A stretch of DNA of 61,267 nt, counting the filler, from Globobulimina sp. (Eukaryota), in assembly GCA_003354225.1 (NCBI GenBank). It is 22 parts of 22 records of this genome, joined end to end, with 100 filler letters (N's around TTAATTAATTAA, not from the genome) between each part and the next. Parts side by side here need not be neighbours in the genome. Positions count along the whole stretch, not along the records: positions 19,537 to 22,226 come from PIVH01005332.1; positions 22,327 to 25,016 come from PIVH01005333.1; positions 25,117 to 27,805 come from PIVH01005334.1; positions 27,906 to 30,594 come from PIVH01005335.1; positions 30,695 to 33,383 come from PIVH01005336.1; 17 more parts are not named here. One strand, given 5' to 3'. The position numbers were made by a program, and so were the translations under genes. Below, in pieces: positions 19,537 through 30,900 of the stretch. Each line of letters starts with the position of its first letter. The stretch's first letter is position 1. The notes beneath the pieces were generated by a model. That model had not been told where the DNA came from, ran no database searches, and saw only the letters and a program-made list of their open reading frames with translations.

Positions 19537-21275
19537 TTCAACAAATATATTTGGTAATATTTTAGAAATATGATCCCCATGAAATCTCACTGTATATACA
19601 ACAACAAATATTATTATATTTTAAAACAAAACGTATAATATATTATTTATATAATTAACTGGTTTGTCCATTCCATACAATATAACATTTCATTTCATCC
19701 GCGGCCTCCACATTAAACATAAATGTAATTAATTGCCCACATAAACCATCAGTAGCAGTAACATGCGGTGTCCCTTTCCTTGGCAGAGTGCAAGTTCTCA
19801 AAAACTCAAAGCCAATCTCCGGCACATGATCCTTACGCATCAGATTACAGCTATTTGGCGGCTCAAATATGGTCATCTCATCCCGCTCACATTTTGTTGG
19901 TTTTGCAACTCTGCGATCAATAAACACAGAAAACCTACGTAACGAGGGATAGGTTTTACCATTAAAATGTGCCGACTTTTTCCCTTTATAGATGCTATTG
20001 TATTTTTCCTCATCGTTATCTCCCACTGCGTTCCCGCTCAAAATAGTGCGAAAATCCTTATATCGGTCCCCTAATATCCTCGTAATGCCACCCAGTCCCA
20101 TTCGACCATTTTTCTCCTCAACAATCTCATATTTGCCATCAGGCGGTGCGTAATAAATTGGTGGGCTAAGTTTCTTAAAATGTTCTTGTACAAAACCAAT
20201 ATGATCAATGCTCGGATCCATGGCAACGTCGATTTTTGTCTCATCCTCTTCATCATCCTCCACATTGGCACCAAGCACGGTGGGAATGACATGGTTCACA
20301 GCAATCAATAAATCCACTTGGAAGGGAGGCACTGCTTTGGATCTCTGGATTAATGTGTTTTTTATAAAGCGGGGGACCGCTATGATATATTCAATGATAT
20401 CCTGAATATTATCACTTATTTTATAGGTTGGCTGGAAGTGCAACCGATTCATTATCCGGTTGCAATAATTGATCATTGCGGCTTGTAATTGGGTGGCCTT
20501 GCTCGGATATTTACGGCGTAATGCATTGAAAAATTTATTTTTCTGCGTCCATATTGCTACTGTTAATGGTCGCGAATTGTTGTCACTGTCACGGCTTTTT
20601 CTTTGGTAAAACTGTTCAGCCTTTTCTTTGGTAAAACCATCAACCTTAAAATTTATAATGCAATTAAAGACATAACAAAAAAGAGTAAAGATGTAAAGTT
20701 TTACAGAATACAGACCATATATGACAGGAATGGATAGTTTAGTTTTTCTCCTATGGCTAAAAACCACTTTAAATCATTATCTTTTCCTTGAACTTTATCC
20801 AATGTACTCATTTCCGCTGTATATTTTGATGTAAATTTGTTAAATTCATCCGGTTTTAAATTTGTACAACTCTCGATTGTCAATGCCATTGTATCAGGGT
20901 CATCATTCTGCGTTGCTCCATATTTAGCGATGTCATTTAGTATGCGATGGATCTCTGCGTTTTTTGCATCTTCATCTTCAATCTCTTCTTGCAGTGGGAA
21001 TATATTATTGTCATCTTCATCCACATCAAATTCTACAATGGTGCATTCCTCTGCGTCTTGCTTCAATTCCTCTTCAATTCCTTCATCGTCAAATCCGCTC
21101 TCCTTTATCATTTACCATTTTTTTGTTGTTATGTAACAAAATTCAAGTTATTTCAACATACGTCAACAAAAATTTTGAATTTTCCTATCCCATCCTCGTT
21201 AATATAATCTTTGCGTCTAAGATTCGAGTAATAAATACCGAGACCGACATCAATTTTGTCAATGAGCTGTGTCAT
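19537..21275 (-). CDS. Multi-exon hypothetical protein, 3' truncated
   Basis: Exon 1 (MTQLIDKIDVGLGIYY..DY..EDGIGKFKIFVD) is missed by the ORF track. Intron 21103-21161 joins it in frame to ESGFDDEG. An intron at about 20646-20716 joins FLSYM to VDGFTK, and another follows WNGQ. Confidence 0.8.
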
Positions 21276-21336
21276 TAGATTAAAATGAGATAAATATTTT
21301 CAAACTACTCTTCTAGAAACTTTTTCACTTTTGACC

Positions 21337-22226
21337 ATGCAGCCACAGGAACGGACAGCTTACTGGATCTGTACCATGATTAATGCATGTATTTGCAGTA
21401 TTTTTTGCATTGTACTATTCTCAATACATGTGTATAAATTCTACAAACACGAAATAATGTCAAAACCAAATTCTTCATTCAGACAATTTCCATTACACAA
21501 ATTAATCTCCATTTTATCATTTATTACAATAATTATATTTGTACTGGCAATAATATTTTCAGCTATATTGGTCTCAATGGATGCTATCTTTTCAACGCAA
21601 CTATTTTGCAACGAGATAGCTATAAAAATTGCAACAGCAATGTATCAAATCGGTAAAACATGCATGTACTTAGTATTTGTGTTGCGACTATATTCAGTTT
21701 ATGATAACACTGCTTATGCATTTAACAAATTATTATTATTCAGTTGTGGCAGTTTGGTGATTATCATATCATTAATGATATCAATATCTGCCATCTATGT
21801 TGCAACACCAACCAAATACCAATATAAAATAGCAAATAAAATAAGGTATCAATGTACTGGAACATACCCGACTTATCAGTTAGTAATGTTCGCAATAAAT
21901 GAAATTGTAGTAACCATTGTTATTTTATATGCCTTTATCTCTCCATTAAGACAATTGTTAAATGCGTCCGGCAATAATTCGACAAGAAAAAGGATTGCGA
22001 ATTCATTCAAATTTGTTGCTATCAAAATATCAGTTTTAACCTTATTTGCAATGTGTTCCTCCTTTTTATCAATGATCATCATCGGCACCACGAAGACCAC
22101 AACCATTGCAGCTGAAGATATGATTATAAATTGTATTTCTATCATGTTAATGTATGGATATTATGGCGAATGGTATTACAAATGTTGTTGTTGTTGCATT
22201 AAATGTTGTGAGTATTGCGACTCAGC
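21337..22226 (+). CDS. Seven-transmembrane (GPCR-like) protein
   Basis: About 7 hydrophobic segments, extracellular Cys residues, FVLRLY after TM3, and a cytoplasmic Cys cluster KCCCCCIKCC. Confidence 0.75.
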
Positions 22227-22326
22227 NNNNNNNNNNNNNNNNNNNNNNNNNNNNNNNNNNNNNNNNNNNNTTAATTAATTAANNNNNNNNNNNNNNNNNN
22301 NNNNNNNNNNNNNNNNNNNNNNNNNN

Positions 22327-24568
22327 ATTTCTAAACTCTCTAATACAGTCAATCCAGAATCTCTATCGATTGAACTCCCACGGAATGAAAATTTGTATAC
22401 ATAATCTCGAGGAATATGTTGCGATGATACTTAATATTTGTATTTTGTATTTGCATTAAATATGCATCAAGAAAGAAAGAAAAAAATAATTAACATAATA
22501 ATATCTGATCAGCCTCTTTTATTACAGTCGTTCCTTGTGTTGAAGGATCATAATGCATTAATTTACAATGCAACTCAACATTATCATCATTACATTGTGT
22601 ATGTACTTTAATTGTTGCATAATATGGCCAAATATCATCGTTATTTCCTACAATAAATCTGTATGATGCATAATTCCAATCGTTAGCATAAAAAACATCA
22701 ATATTATGTTCATTGTTCTCTTTGTTTTGTAATGGATGTAATGCAATATTACATTCGTAATTTGTTAATCCACAGGTATGAGATTGTTGAGATTGTACAA
22801 CCTCTTCAATTGATTGCGCCATTGAATCTAAATCAAAATATGAAGATGATATAATAATGAAATTTTCCATTCTTTCAACATCATCAAATTGAAATAAACA
22901 CTCAAATGTTGATTCTATTCTTGTCACAGATTCATATTTTTCTTTTTCATTTCCAACTGCAACAATTAAGAATTTTGCATTTAAATCTTCAAAATCTTTT
23001 GATATTTGATTTGGTGATATTTGACAAGGGTTTTGATCAATATCTAAATAACATGAACTTGGCCGACCATCAGATAGCATTACCACTATATTAGAATCTG
23101 TCGGATTCATCAAAGGAAATACGTTATCAATCGTATATTCTAAGACATCCTCTTTATTTTTTTTTTGTTTTTTTTTTTTTTGGTTGTAAAAATAATTAAT
23201 AACAATTGCAAACAAGATATAATAACTATGCTGTTACTGAACTGATGTGTGTTCCCGAAAGTCTTTTCATTTGATTTTGTTGCATAATTTGAGTGATCAA
23301 AGATTTAGCATCTTTATGATTGTACGGACCATCAAAATCATTTAAGTTCCAAATTAAGTGCGAATTCTGATCAAATATTATTAATGCAGTTCGTAAAGAA
23401 ATGGTTGTATTCTCACTTAAAAGTTTATCATTTTCATGATCAAATAATTCGGCGGTATTTTCCAATAAATTGGAAATCCATAATTTAGAGGCCTCAAAAT
23501 AGTCAGAAACACTCATAGAAGCATCCATAAGTATCACTAATGACAAATTTTTATCCTCGCAAACTATTTTTATTTTTATATATAAAATACCGACAAATGC
23601 GACAATTAAAAAAAATGCATAAACATACCATCATCAGCTATTTCTAGACCAAAATTAGGAATATCGTCCTCTTTCTCTGCAATATTTGCATTACATATTT
23701 CTATTATATTAATTAATATATAATATTTATATTTATTGTATGCACAAATCAACACAAAGTACAAGTACAAAGTACAAATTGTTCCTAACTTTTGTGACCA
23801 ACATCACAATGGATCTCAACAGAATCTTTGTTAATAAAATATCCTAATTCCGATGCTCGTGCATTGGCATTTTGTTGCGTGGAAGCAATCGTTGTCCAAC
23901 AAATATCATCAAAATCATTTATTGGTTGAATCCATTTATTTTCGTTATTTATATTTAATTCTCTTCGCCATGAACCGTGAACATATTCAACTCCGTCAAC
24001 TTTCACTTTTTCTAACTATTTTTTGTCGGTGATATTAAAATTTAACAATTGTCCGAAACACACATAATATGAACATATTACATACGTGAAATGATGCATT
24101 TTCTCGTCCTTTAATGCCCCAAACAGAGTGCAATTTGGATGGGATTTGATATTGATTAAAATTATTTTGTCCGTTATTTTTTGTTTTAAATTCTAATATT
24201 TTCCAAGGTAATTCGGGATCATTATCACTTTTTGATGTTACAACAAACATACTATCACCAACACATTGAGCTAAACAATGCGAAACATCTTGGTTTTGTT
24301 TGTAACAATCAACGCAATAATTATATTTATTGTTACTGTACTGATTCGATGCTGCGATTCCGGTCCAACATGATGCTGGGAAATAATATTCAAAATATAC
24401 ATTATCTGACTCTATATGCCAAAATGCTTCACCTTTATCATCTAAAAATTCAAAACTACCTTCATACGCATAATCATTATAGCAATCGACATTGTTGTTT
24501 ATGAATGCTTGATTTTCAATCATACAAATTGAAGAGAGTATGATTGTCGCACTGAAAAAGGATCCCAT
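22327..24568 (-). CDS. Secreted multi-exon protein with DOMON-like N-terminus and VWA domain, 3' truncated
   Basis: Signal-like start. WTGIA..GDSMFVV..WRRELN (DOMON-like), ILMDASMS (MIDAS DxSxS), SGTHIS and VVMLSDGRP are spread over collinear exons. Confidence 0.72.
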
Positions 24569-24623
24569 TGTTGAACTTGCAAGATTTAGATTTTTGGAAA
24601 CAGCAGTTTTTCTTTTTTTGTTT

Positions 24624-24667
24624 TAAGGGGTTGTTCTTATATTGCGCAATATAAGAACAACCCCTTA
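24624..24667. repeat. Perfect 44-bp palindrome
   Basis: TAAGGGGTTGTTCTTATATTGC followed by its exact reverse complement, with no loop. Confidence 0.97.
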
Positions 24668-24938
24668 CTGATCATAATAAAATGTTCTTTGTTATATTAA
24701 ATTGTATGTGTTGAAATTGAATGACTTAGGAGGGCAGGCTCCGAACAAATAAATAAATTCAACAACGTTGTTCCATCAGAATATTATTACCAAACACAAA
24801 GAAGCTTTCATATTCTCAAGTGATCGATACACCAATATGCAATAGTATGGCTACAATTAAAATTCACTGCATTTATTGCTATATCATTAGATTAGCAAAA
24901 AAAAAACAGTTGAGTTTAGGGAAAGTTGAAAGTTGTCC

Positions 24939-25016
24939 ATGGCCTCAAAAGCAGTTTCTAAGAAGAAAGTTGTGTATTATTATGACGAGGAAGTCGGAAA
25001 CTTTTATTATGGACAA
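24939..25016 (+). CDS. HDAC1: Class I histone deacetylase (RPD3/HDAC1-like), N-terminal fragment
   Basis: Translates to MASKAVSKKKVVYYYDEEVGNFYYGQ, the conserved RPD3/HDAC1 start. It is not in the ORF track. Confidence 0.9.
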
Positions 25017-25117
25017 NNNNNNNNNNNNNNNNNNNNNNNNNNNNNNNNNNNNNNNNNNNNTTAATTAATTAANNNNNNNNNNNNNNNNNNNNNNNNNNNN
25101 NNNNNNNNNNNNNNNNC

Positions 25118-26397
25118 ATAAACGATGTATATCGCATTGTGTCCACATCGGTTGCTTTTTTTCTATTGTTGCCATATTCGGTGATTGCTTGTTGCAGGAA
25201 TAAGAATTGGTCATTGGCGCAGTGGATACATTTGTTGGGAGCTGCTCTTTATACGGTTGACTTAATTCGAATGAAGTCGCATCCACATTGTTGGGTATTC
25301 AATGTACCGTTTATTGCGTGGTGGATATTGGATAGGCTGTATGGCATATTTTGGTACCGGCGATGTGTTGCAGAAGTTGTTAAAAAAGTACATTTAGGTA
25401 AAATATATATATAATATATACTTAATCATATTATTTGTATTTTGTGTTAGATGGTAATTATATGATTTTATATCTACGAATACCAAATCATTTGTATGCT
25501 AAACGAAAGATAGGTGATATTTTCTATTTTAATTCTTTAACATGTAAATGGCCAAATGCCTGCGATCGAGCTCATCCATTCACAGTGTTTTGGAATCATG
25601 AAAATGTAAATAAAATGATAATAAATGTAAAAGAACAGTTGTTGCCACAATGGCGTGGGCATAAATTTGCAATTTATAATAAGAATGAATGCAGTGTGTC
25701 ACAATCGCAATATATTATGTCGCGTCAAAGTACGAAGTCGAAGAGTGAAGTCAGTAAAATATTAAATAAGGACAATGATTATAATTTTGATGATTATGAT
25801 TGGAATATCGGGATTATTGTACAAGTTATTGAGGATCATACAGATTGTTATTATCGTAAGACATGGACCAATCATCTGTTTAAATGTGACGTACGTTTTT
25901 TATCTGGTTTACGAGGATATGGTCCATATAGATCTGAATATCGATTGTTGATTAAACCGGAAAATGGGAATAAATATCCATTGACGCCATTGGTGTTAAT
26001 TGGAACCGGTGCGGGATGTGCAATGTTACTCGATTTTTATCATTATATTACAAATAATCAGATTGAATTACATGAATGTGTCATATTTTATTTTTCGACA
26101 CGATCAATTGCGATGTTTCAATGGTTTACAGATATTACTTGCCATAAAAATGTAAATAATTTATTTGTGAATGCACATTTAACAGCACATTCAAACATAA
26201 TATATGAGAAAAACCGTAACAAAACACCAAAATCAAGGGATTCAAACATTGGAAGATTAAATATTTATCAAATATTAAATTCAGATACCAATAAAAATCC
26301 AAATATTTATTTTTGTGGTTCACCAAATGTTCAAATGATGGTTGCTAAGTTATGTAAACAATTATCATTGACATTTCATGCTGGGCATGCTTTCTAA
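25118..26397 (+). CDS. Ferric reductase / NADPH oxidase family protein, 5' truncated
   Basis: TM segment with His residues, ILDRLY, AHPFT (FAD), YGPY, LIGTGAG (NADPH) and YFCGSP. In-frame intron at 25398-25450. Confidence 0.85.
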
Positions 26398-26684
26398 AAA
26401 ATGTTATGATTGTTAGATCCGATCCAGCTTCATTGTGATGCACACAAATTACGAATTTATGTTTATTTTACATATTGCATACTGATCTAGTCAGCCTCTA
26501 GCCATTTGTTCACCAAACACTAAAATCAGCATGAGAAACATTGTCAATCCGATAACTATTACACATTAAATGCTAGTCGTAACTAAACATTATCAATTTT
26601 TGCTGACGAATTAGAGGGGGGGTGGGTTATCTATCAAAACTACTCAATTTACTTCTTTGATACATATTGAATAGCTGACGTTAT

Positions 26685-27650
26685 ATGTTGCACAAAAGCA
26701 AAATAATGTCTTCAAAGCCTGAAAGAAGTATATTGGGTGTTTTAGCGCATGCGGGATATTCTTCAAGTAGAAAAATAGCAGATACATTACAAGGATCTAT
26801 CTGGTCTTCAACCAAACGAAAAAATCATCAGTCTGTCGTTGTAAAAGTTACATCGCGTAAATTACACAAAGAGTCGGTGATGATACATGGCGGCAAGAAA
26901 TATAAAGTGGAAGAAAATATAATTAAAGAAAAGTCAATATTAAAAATCTTGACCATAAATTCAGCCCAAAACACATATTTTGTGCGCTATGTTGATTTTT
27001 TTAAATCAAATACAAACTATTACTTTGTAATGGAAAATGGAGGTCGTATGTTGTTTGATTTTGTTATTCGAGCTCATAAATATATTGCTGTGGGTCAATT
27101 AGATATTGCTGAATGGCATAAAGTTGTAAAAAATATTTTTTTACAAATATTAAATGCGGTGCAATATATACATTATAACAACGTTTCTCATTTCGATATT
27201 TCTCTCGAGAACTTATTAATTAATGAGGTTGAAGTTACTTTACACCCAAATGGCAAATTTACATTTTGCTGTGATAATATATCCATTAAATTATGCGATT
27301 TCGGGTTGAGTGAACAATTTCTTTCAGATAACTTTACGAGCACTAAATATTGCGGCAAACGATGTTATAAATCACCTGAATGTGCAAAAAAACAGCCATT
27401 TGATGCGAAAAAAAATGATATTTGGTGTGTTGGGGTGTGTTTATTCGTGTTGTTATTGGGCGGAACTATGGATTTTCAAGCTGATGATTATGAAATTATT
27501 AATGGAAATATAGATAAATGTTTAAAACAATGGGATCGTATTCAATTTGTAAATGATGAAATAATTGATTTGTTTAATAAAATTTTTAAATACGAGAATA
27601 AACGCGTTAATATACAGCAAATTAAGCAACATCAATGGTTATCAAAATGA
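26685..27650 (+). CDS. Ser/Thr protein kinase (CAMK-like, HFDISLEN type)
   Basis: VVVK, HFDISLEN, DFG, YKSPE and DIWCVG. Confidence 0.93.
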   Translation: MLHKSKIMSSKPERSILGVLAHAGYSSSRKIADTLQGSIWSSTKRKNHQSVVVKVTSRKLHKESVMIHGGKKYKVEENIIKEKSILKILTINSAQNTYFVRYVDFFKSNTNYYFVMENGGRMLFDFVIRAHKYIAVGQLDIAEWHKVVKNIFLQILNAVQYIHYNNVSHFDISLENLLINEVEVTLHPNGKFTFCCDNISIKLCDFGLSEQFLSDNFTSTKYCGKRCYKSPECAKKQPFDAKKNDIWCVGVCLFVLLLGGTMDFQADDYEIINGNIDKCLKQWDRIQFVNDEIIDLFNKIFKYENKRVNIQQIKQHQWLSK

Positions 27651-27905
27651 AATTAATTATTTATCCATACATACATAGCTTCGGGATTCATACATAATGC
27701 TTTTTACCTTATTTTATCTTTTTATTTTAGTTTGTATTGTACAGAATGTTTTCTGTTGTTTCTGTTTCCATTTCAAACCAGAAAACATTCCATATATAAT
27801 TTTATNNNNNNNNNNNNNNNNNNNNNNNNNNNNNNNNNNNNNNNNNNNNTTAATTAATTAANNNNNNNNNNNNNNNNNNNNNNNNNNNNNNNNNNNNNNN
27901 NNNNN

Positions 27906-28192
27906 CATACGAACGAATGTATCCAATTTATAAAGGAAAAGTGATGGGCGATTATATGAATCCGTTATCGACCATTCATTTAATTGCTGGGATGTGTGGC
28001 AGTGCTGAAGGGCACGACCAATATAATACAGCAACAAAATTAAAAAAATATACCGCTGTTTTTGATAATACAAAATTTGGGGTCACGCAGGTTACTGTGG
28101 CCAATGAAACACATTTATTATGGCAGTTTATTGAAGCGGAAAATAAATCTGTTATCGATGCTGTTTGGATTAAAAAAGGACATTGGGCTTAA
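27906..28192 (+). CDS. Purple acid phosphatase / metallophosphoesterase C-terminus, 5' truncated
   Basis: YERMYPIY..NP....HLIAG..G, FG..QVTVANETHLLWQFI and VID..WI.K. Confidence 0.82.
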
Positions 28193-28419
28193 ATAATAAA
28201 CTATATTATTTTTTTTTGATTTGTTTGTTTCTTTTGTGTTGGATTAATTATTTATCATTGTGTTAATATATCTCACTGAGAATAAAACCAGAACTAAACT
28301 TTTTTGCAAGACTATGTTCTTTAGCCAGCCCGCCGCCTCTAATTTTCCAACAATTTTTAGAATTTCCGATATGTTTACTGGTTAAGGATAGTGAGTAGTA
28401 AACAAGTGACTTATTGACA

Positions 28420-28932
28420 ATGAATAAATTAAGAAAACCAATATCATCGATATGTTTGAATTCAATGAGAACGAGAATTAGAATGTCAATGGCAATAAGC
28501 AGCAGTATGAGAATGAGAATGAGATTGTTTTCAGATAATTCCAAAGAATCAGAGTTTAGATCTCAAGACGAGACGCCTCATATCTATGACCCAACACATA
28601 TACCCTGCGAGGAGAAAGATTTCGATGTTGACCCATTGGATGTGCGTTTAAGGCAACCTTTACCAAAAGAAGCGTTTTTGCCACGCGACGAAGTTTTAAA
28701 AAGAGTCATTGCAATTTGTGAAGGAATGGAGCGATGTGATACCAATGGAAAGAATATCAATGAAAATACGCACTTAGCAAATGATTTGGGATTGGATAGC
28801 TTGGATCAGGTTGAATTTGGATTAGCTGTGGAGGACGAATTTGATGTTGATATTCCTGACGAAGAAGCGGAGCAAATTGTGACTATCGGAGATGCCATTG
28901 AATTAATTGCTGATCATCCCCATGCGCGATAA
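28420..28932 (+). CDS. Mitochondrial acyl carrier protein (NDUFAB1-like)
   Basis: DLGLDSLDQVE..AVEDEF.VDIPDEEAEQI phosphopantetheine motif, with an Arg/Ser/Met-rich presequence. Confidence 0.93.
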   Translation: MNKLRKPISSICLNSMRTRIRMSMAISSSMRMRMRLFSDNSKESEFRSQDETPHIYDPTHIPCEEKDFDVDPLDVRLRQPLPKEAFLPRDEVLKRVIAICEGMERCDTNGKNINENTHLANDLGLDSLDQVEFGLAVEDEFDVDIPDEEAEQIVTIGDAIELIADHPHAR

Positions 28933-29155
28933 TTTTGTTTACATTGATTCCCAATTTATCATGCAAAGCTCATATGTTTTATATTTGTGTGCAAGGATTA
29001 AACTGTTCGGCCAGAAATGCACATTCTTACTCTCCTCTAGTCCAAGGCTGCAATACTTGAGTCTCATATTTAAGGACATAAATTTAACTCCGAAATTTTT
29101 TTTTCCTTCGCAAAATAGGTAAAAAAAACGCTTTAAATTAAATAATTTCCCTTTA

Positions 29156-30361
29156 ATGTTCTCTCTTTTATCTAAACGCACATCGTTATTAAAACCCAGT
29201 GCATCAATATTACGACCATCGTCTTGTCATTTTACAACTGATGAAGTGCATCACATCGCAAAAATATCGGTATATCAATGCGATTTACCATTAAAAGAAG
29301 GATCATACAATTGGAGCAGTGGCAAATCAGTGTCAGTGTTTGATTCAACAGTTTTATCCATTGAAACGAATACAGGATATATTGGTTATGGTGAAGTAAC
29401 TCCGTTGGGTCCGTTTTATTTGCCATCATATGCATTGGGAGTACGCAGTGGTTTGCAACAACTTTGCCCCGATTTAATTGGCATGAATGCAATAAACATA
29501 TCATTGATCAATCACTTTATGGATACAGCATTGAAGGGTCATCCTTACATAAAATCGCCACTAGATATGGCATGTTGGGATATTTTAGGCAAAATATCTA
29601 AATTACCTTTATGTATATTGTTAGGTGGCAGATTTGGAGACGATGTCGATTTATATCGAGCAATCTCACAGTTGCCACCAAAGGAAATGAGTGACAACGT
29701 TGCTAAATATCGAGATGAGGGATATACAAAATTTCAATTAAAATGCGGTTCGGATGATATTTATGATGATATCAAACGGATGGAGTTGGTGAGGAACAAT
29801 ATATTGAATGACGACAAATATACTTTGGTGGCAGATGCAAATACCGGTTGGTTGTCACACGAAGCAATGACAATTGTGAAAAATACTGCAGATTTAAATA
29901 TTTATATTGAAGAACCGTGCGCTTCGTATCAAAAGAATTTAATGATAAGAAGATATTGCACCAATCCGTTTATTATGGATGAATGCATTGATTCCATACA
30001 ACAATTGATACAATGTAATAATGATAATGGCGCAGATTGTGTCAATGTAAAGATATCGAAATTGGGCGGGATTACCAAAACAAAGGAAGTAAGAGATTTA
30101 TGCGTGAGATTAAACATTGCAATGTGTGTAGAAGATACGTGGGGTGGAGATATCGCGACGGCTGCTATTGCCCATATGGCGCATTCCACTCCAATCAAAA
30201 ATAGATTTAGTTGTACGGACTTTAATTCATATAATTCTGTATGTAATGCGGATGGATCTCCACAAAGAGAAAACGGAACATTTAAAGCGTCAAATAAGCC
30301 CGGTTTAGGTATTGAGCCTAGATTTGATGTGTTGGGTGATCCTGTTGCTATTTATCAATAA
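29156..30361 (+). CDS. Mandelate racemase/muconate lactonizing enzyme, hydroxyproline(-betaine) epimerase/dehydratase-like, with mitochondrial presequence
   Basis: DLPLKEGSYNWSSGKSV, PLGPFYLPSY, FQLK, DAN, EEP, DE, KISKLGG and EDTWGGD. Confidence 0.88.
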   Translation: MFSLLSKRTSLLKPSASILRPSSCHFTTDEVHHIAKISVYQCDLPLKEGSYNWSSGKSVSVFDSTVLSIETNTGYIGYGEVTPLGPFYLPSYALGVRSGLQQLCPDLIGMNAINISLINHFMDTALKGHPYIKSPLDMACWDILGKISKLPLCILLGGRFGDDVDLYRAISQLPPKEMSDNVAKYRDEGYTKFQLKCGSDDIYDDIKRMELVRNNILNDDKYTLVADANTGWLSHEAMTIVKNTADLNIYIEEPCASYQKNLMIRRYCTNPFIMDECIDSIQQLIQCNNDNGADCVNVKISKLGGITKTKEVRDLCVRLNIAMCVEDTWGGDIATAAIAHMAHSTPIKNRFSCTDFNSYNSVCNADGSPQRENGTFKASNKPGLGIEPRFDVLGDPVAIYQ

Positions 30362-30900
30362 TTGCAAGTAACAGTTTTGTTTCGGGTTTTTCTTTTTAGA
30401 TTTTGTGTGAACTGTTTAGATCATTCAAACAAAATAAATAAAACAGAACGTTGTGTAAGCGACGAAGGTTTCATTTAAGTTTGAGAAAACTCAAGTGACT
30501 GACTGATCGAAAGTGTTTTTGTTTTTTGTGTTGTGAATTCTTTCTTTCTTTTTTGCCCAGAGATTGGTATAGGTTTGGTATTGTGGTATATGTTNNNNNN
30601 NNNNNNNNNNNNNNNNNNNNNNNNNNNNNNNNNNNNNNTTAATTAATTAANNNNNNNNNNNNNNNNNNNNNNNNNNNNNNNNNNNNNNNNNNNNAATCCA
30701 ACACCCTGTAGTCGTAAATATTGAAATAGTTACCCATATTGTTGCTGTTGCAAATAATAAAATTGGCTGTAAGTATTTATATAAAATTGATCGATGGTCT
30801 CGTAATTGATTTTGCGACTGAAATCCCACGAAAAACTTTTACAACCTATTTTCTAAATCATTAGCAAACTATTTGAAAAGAACTAGCAAACATTACCCAG

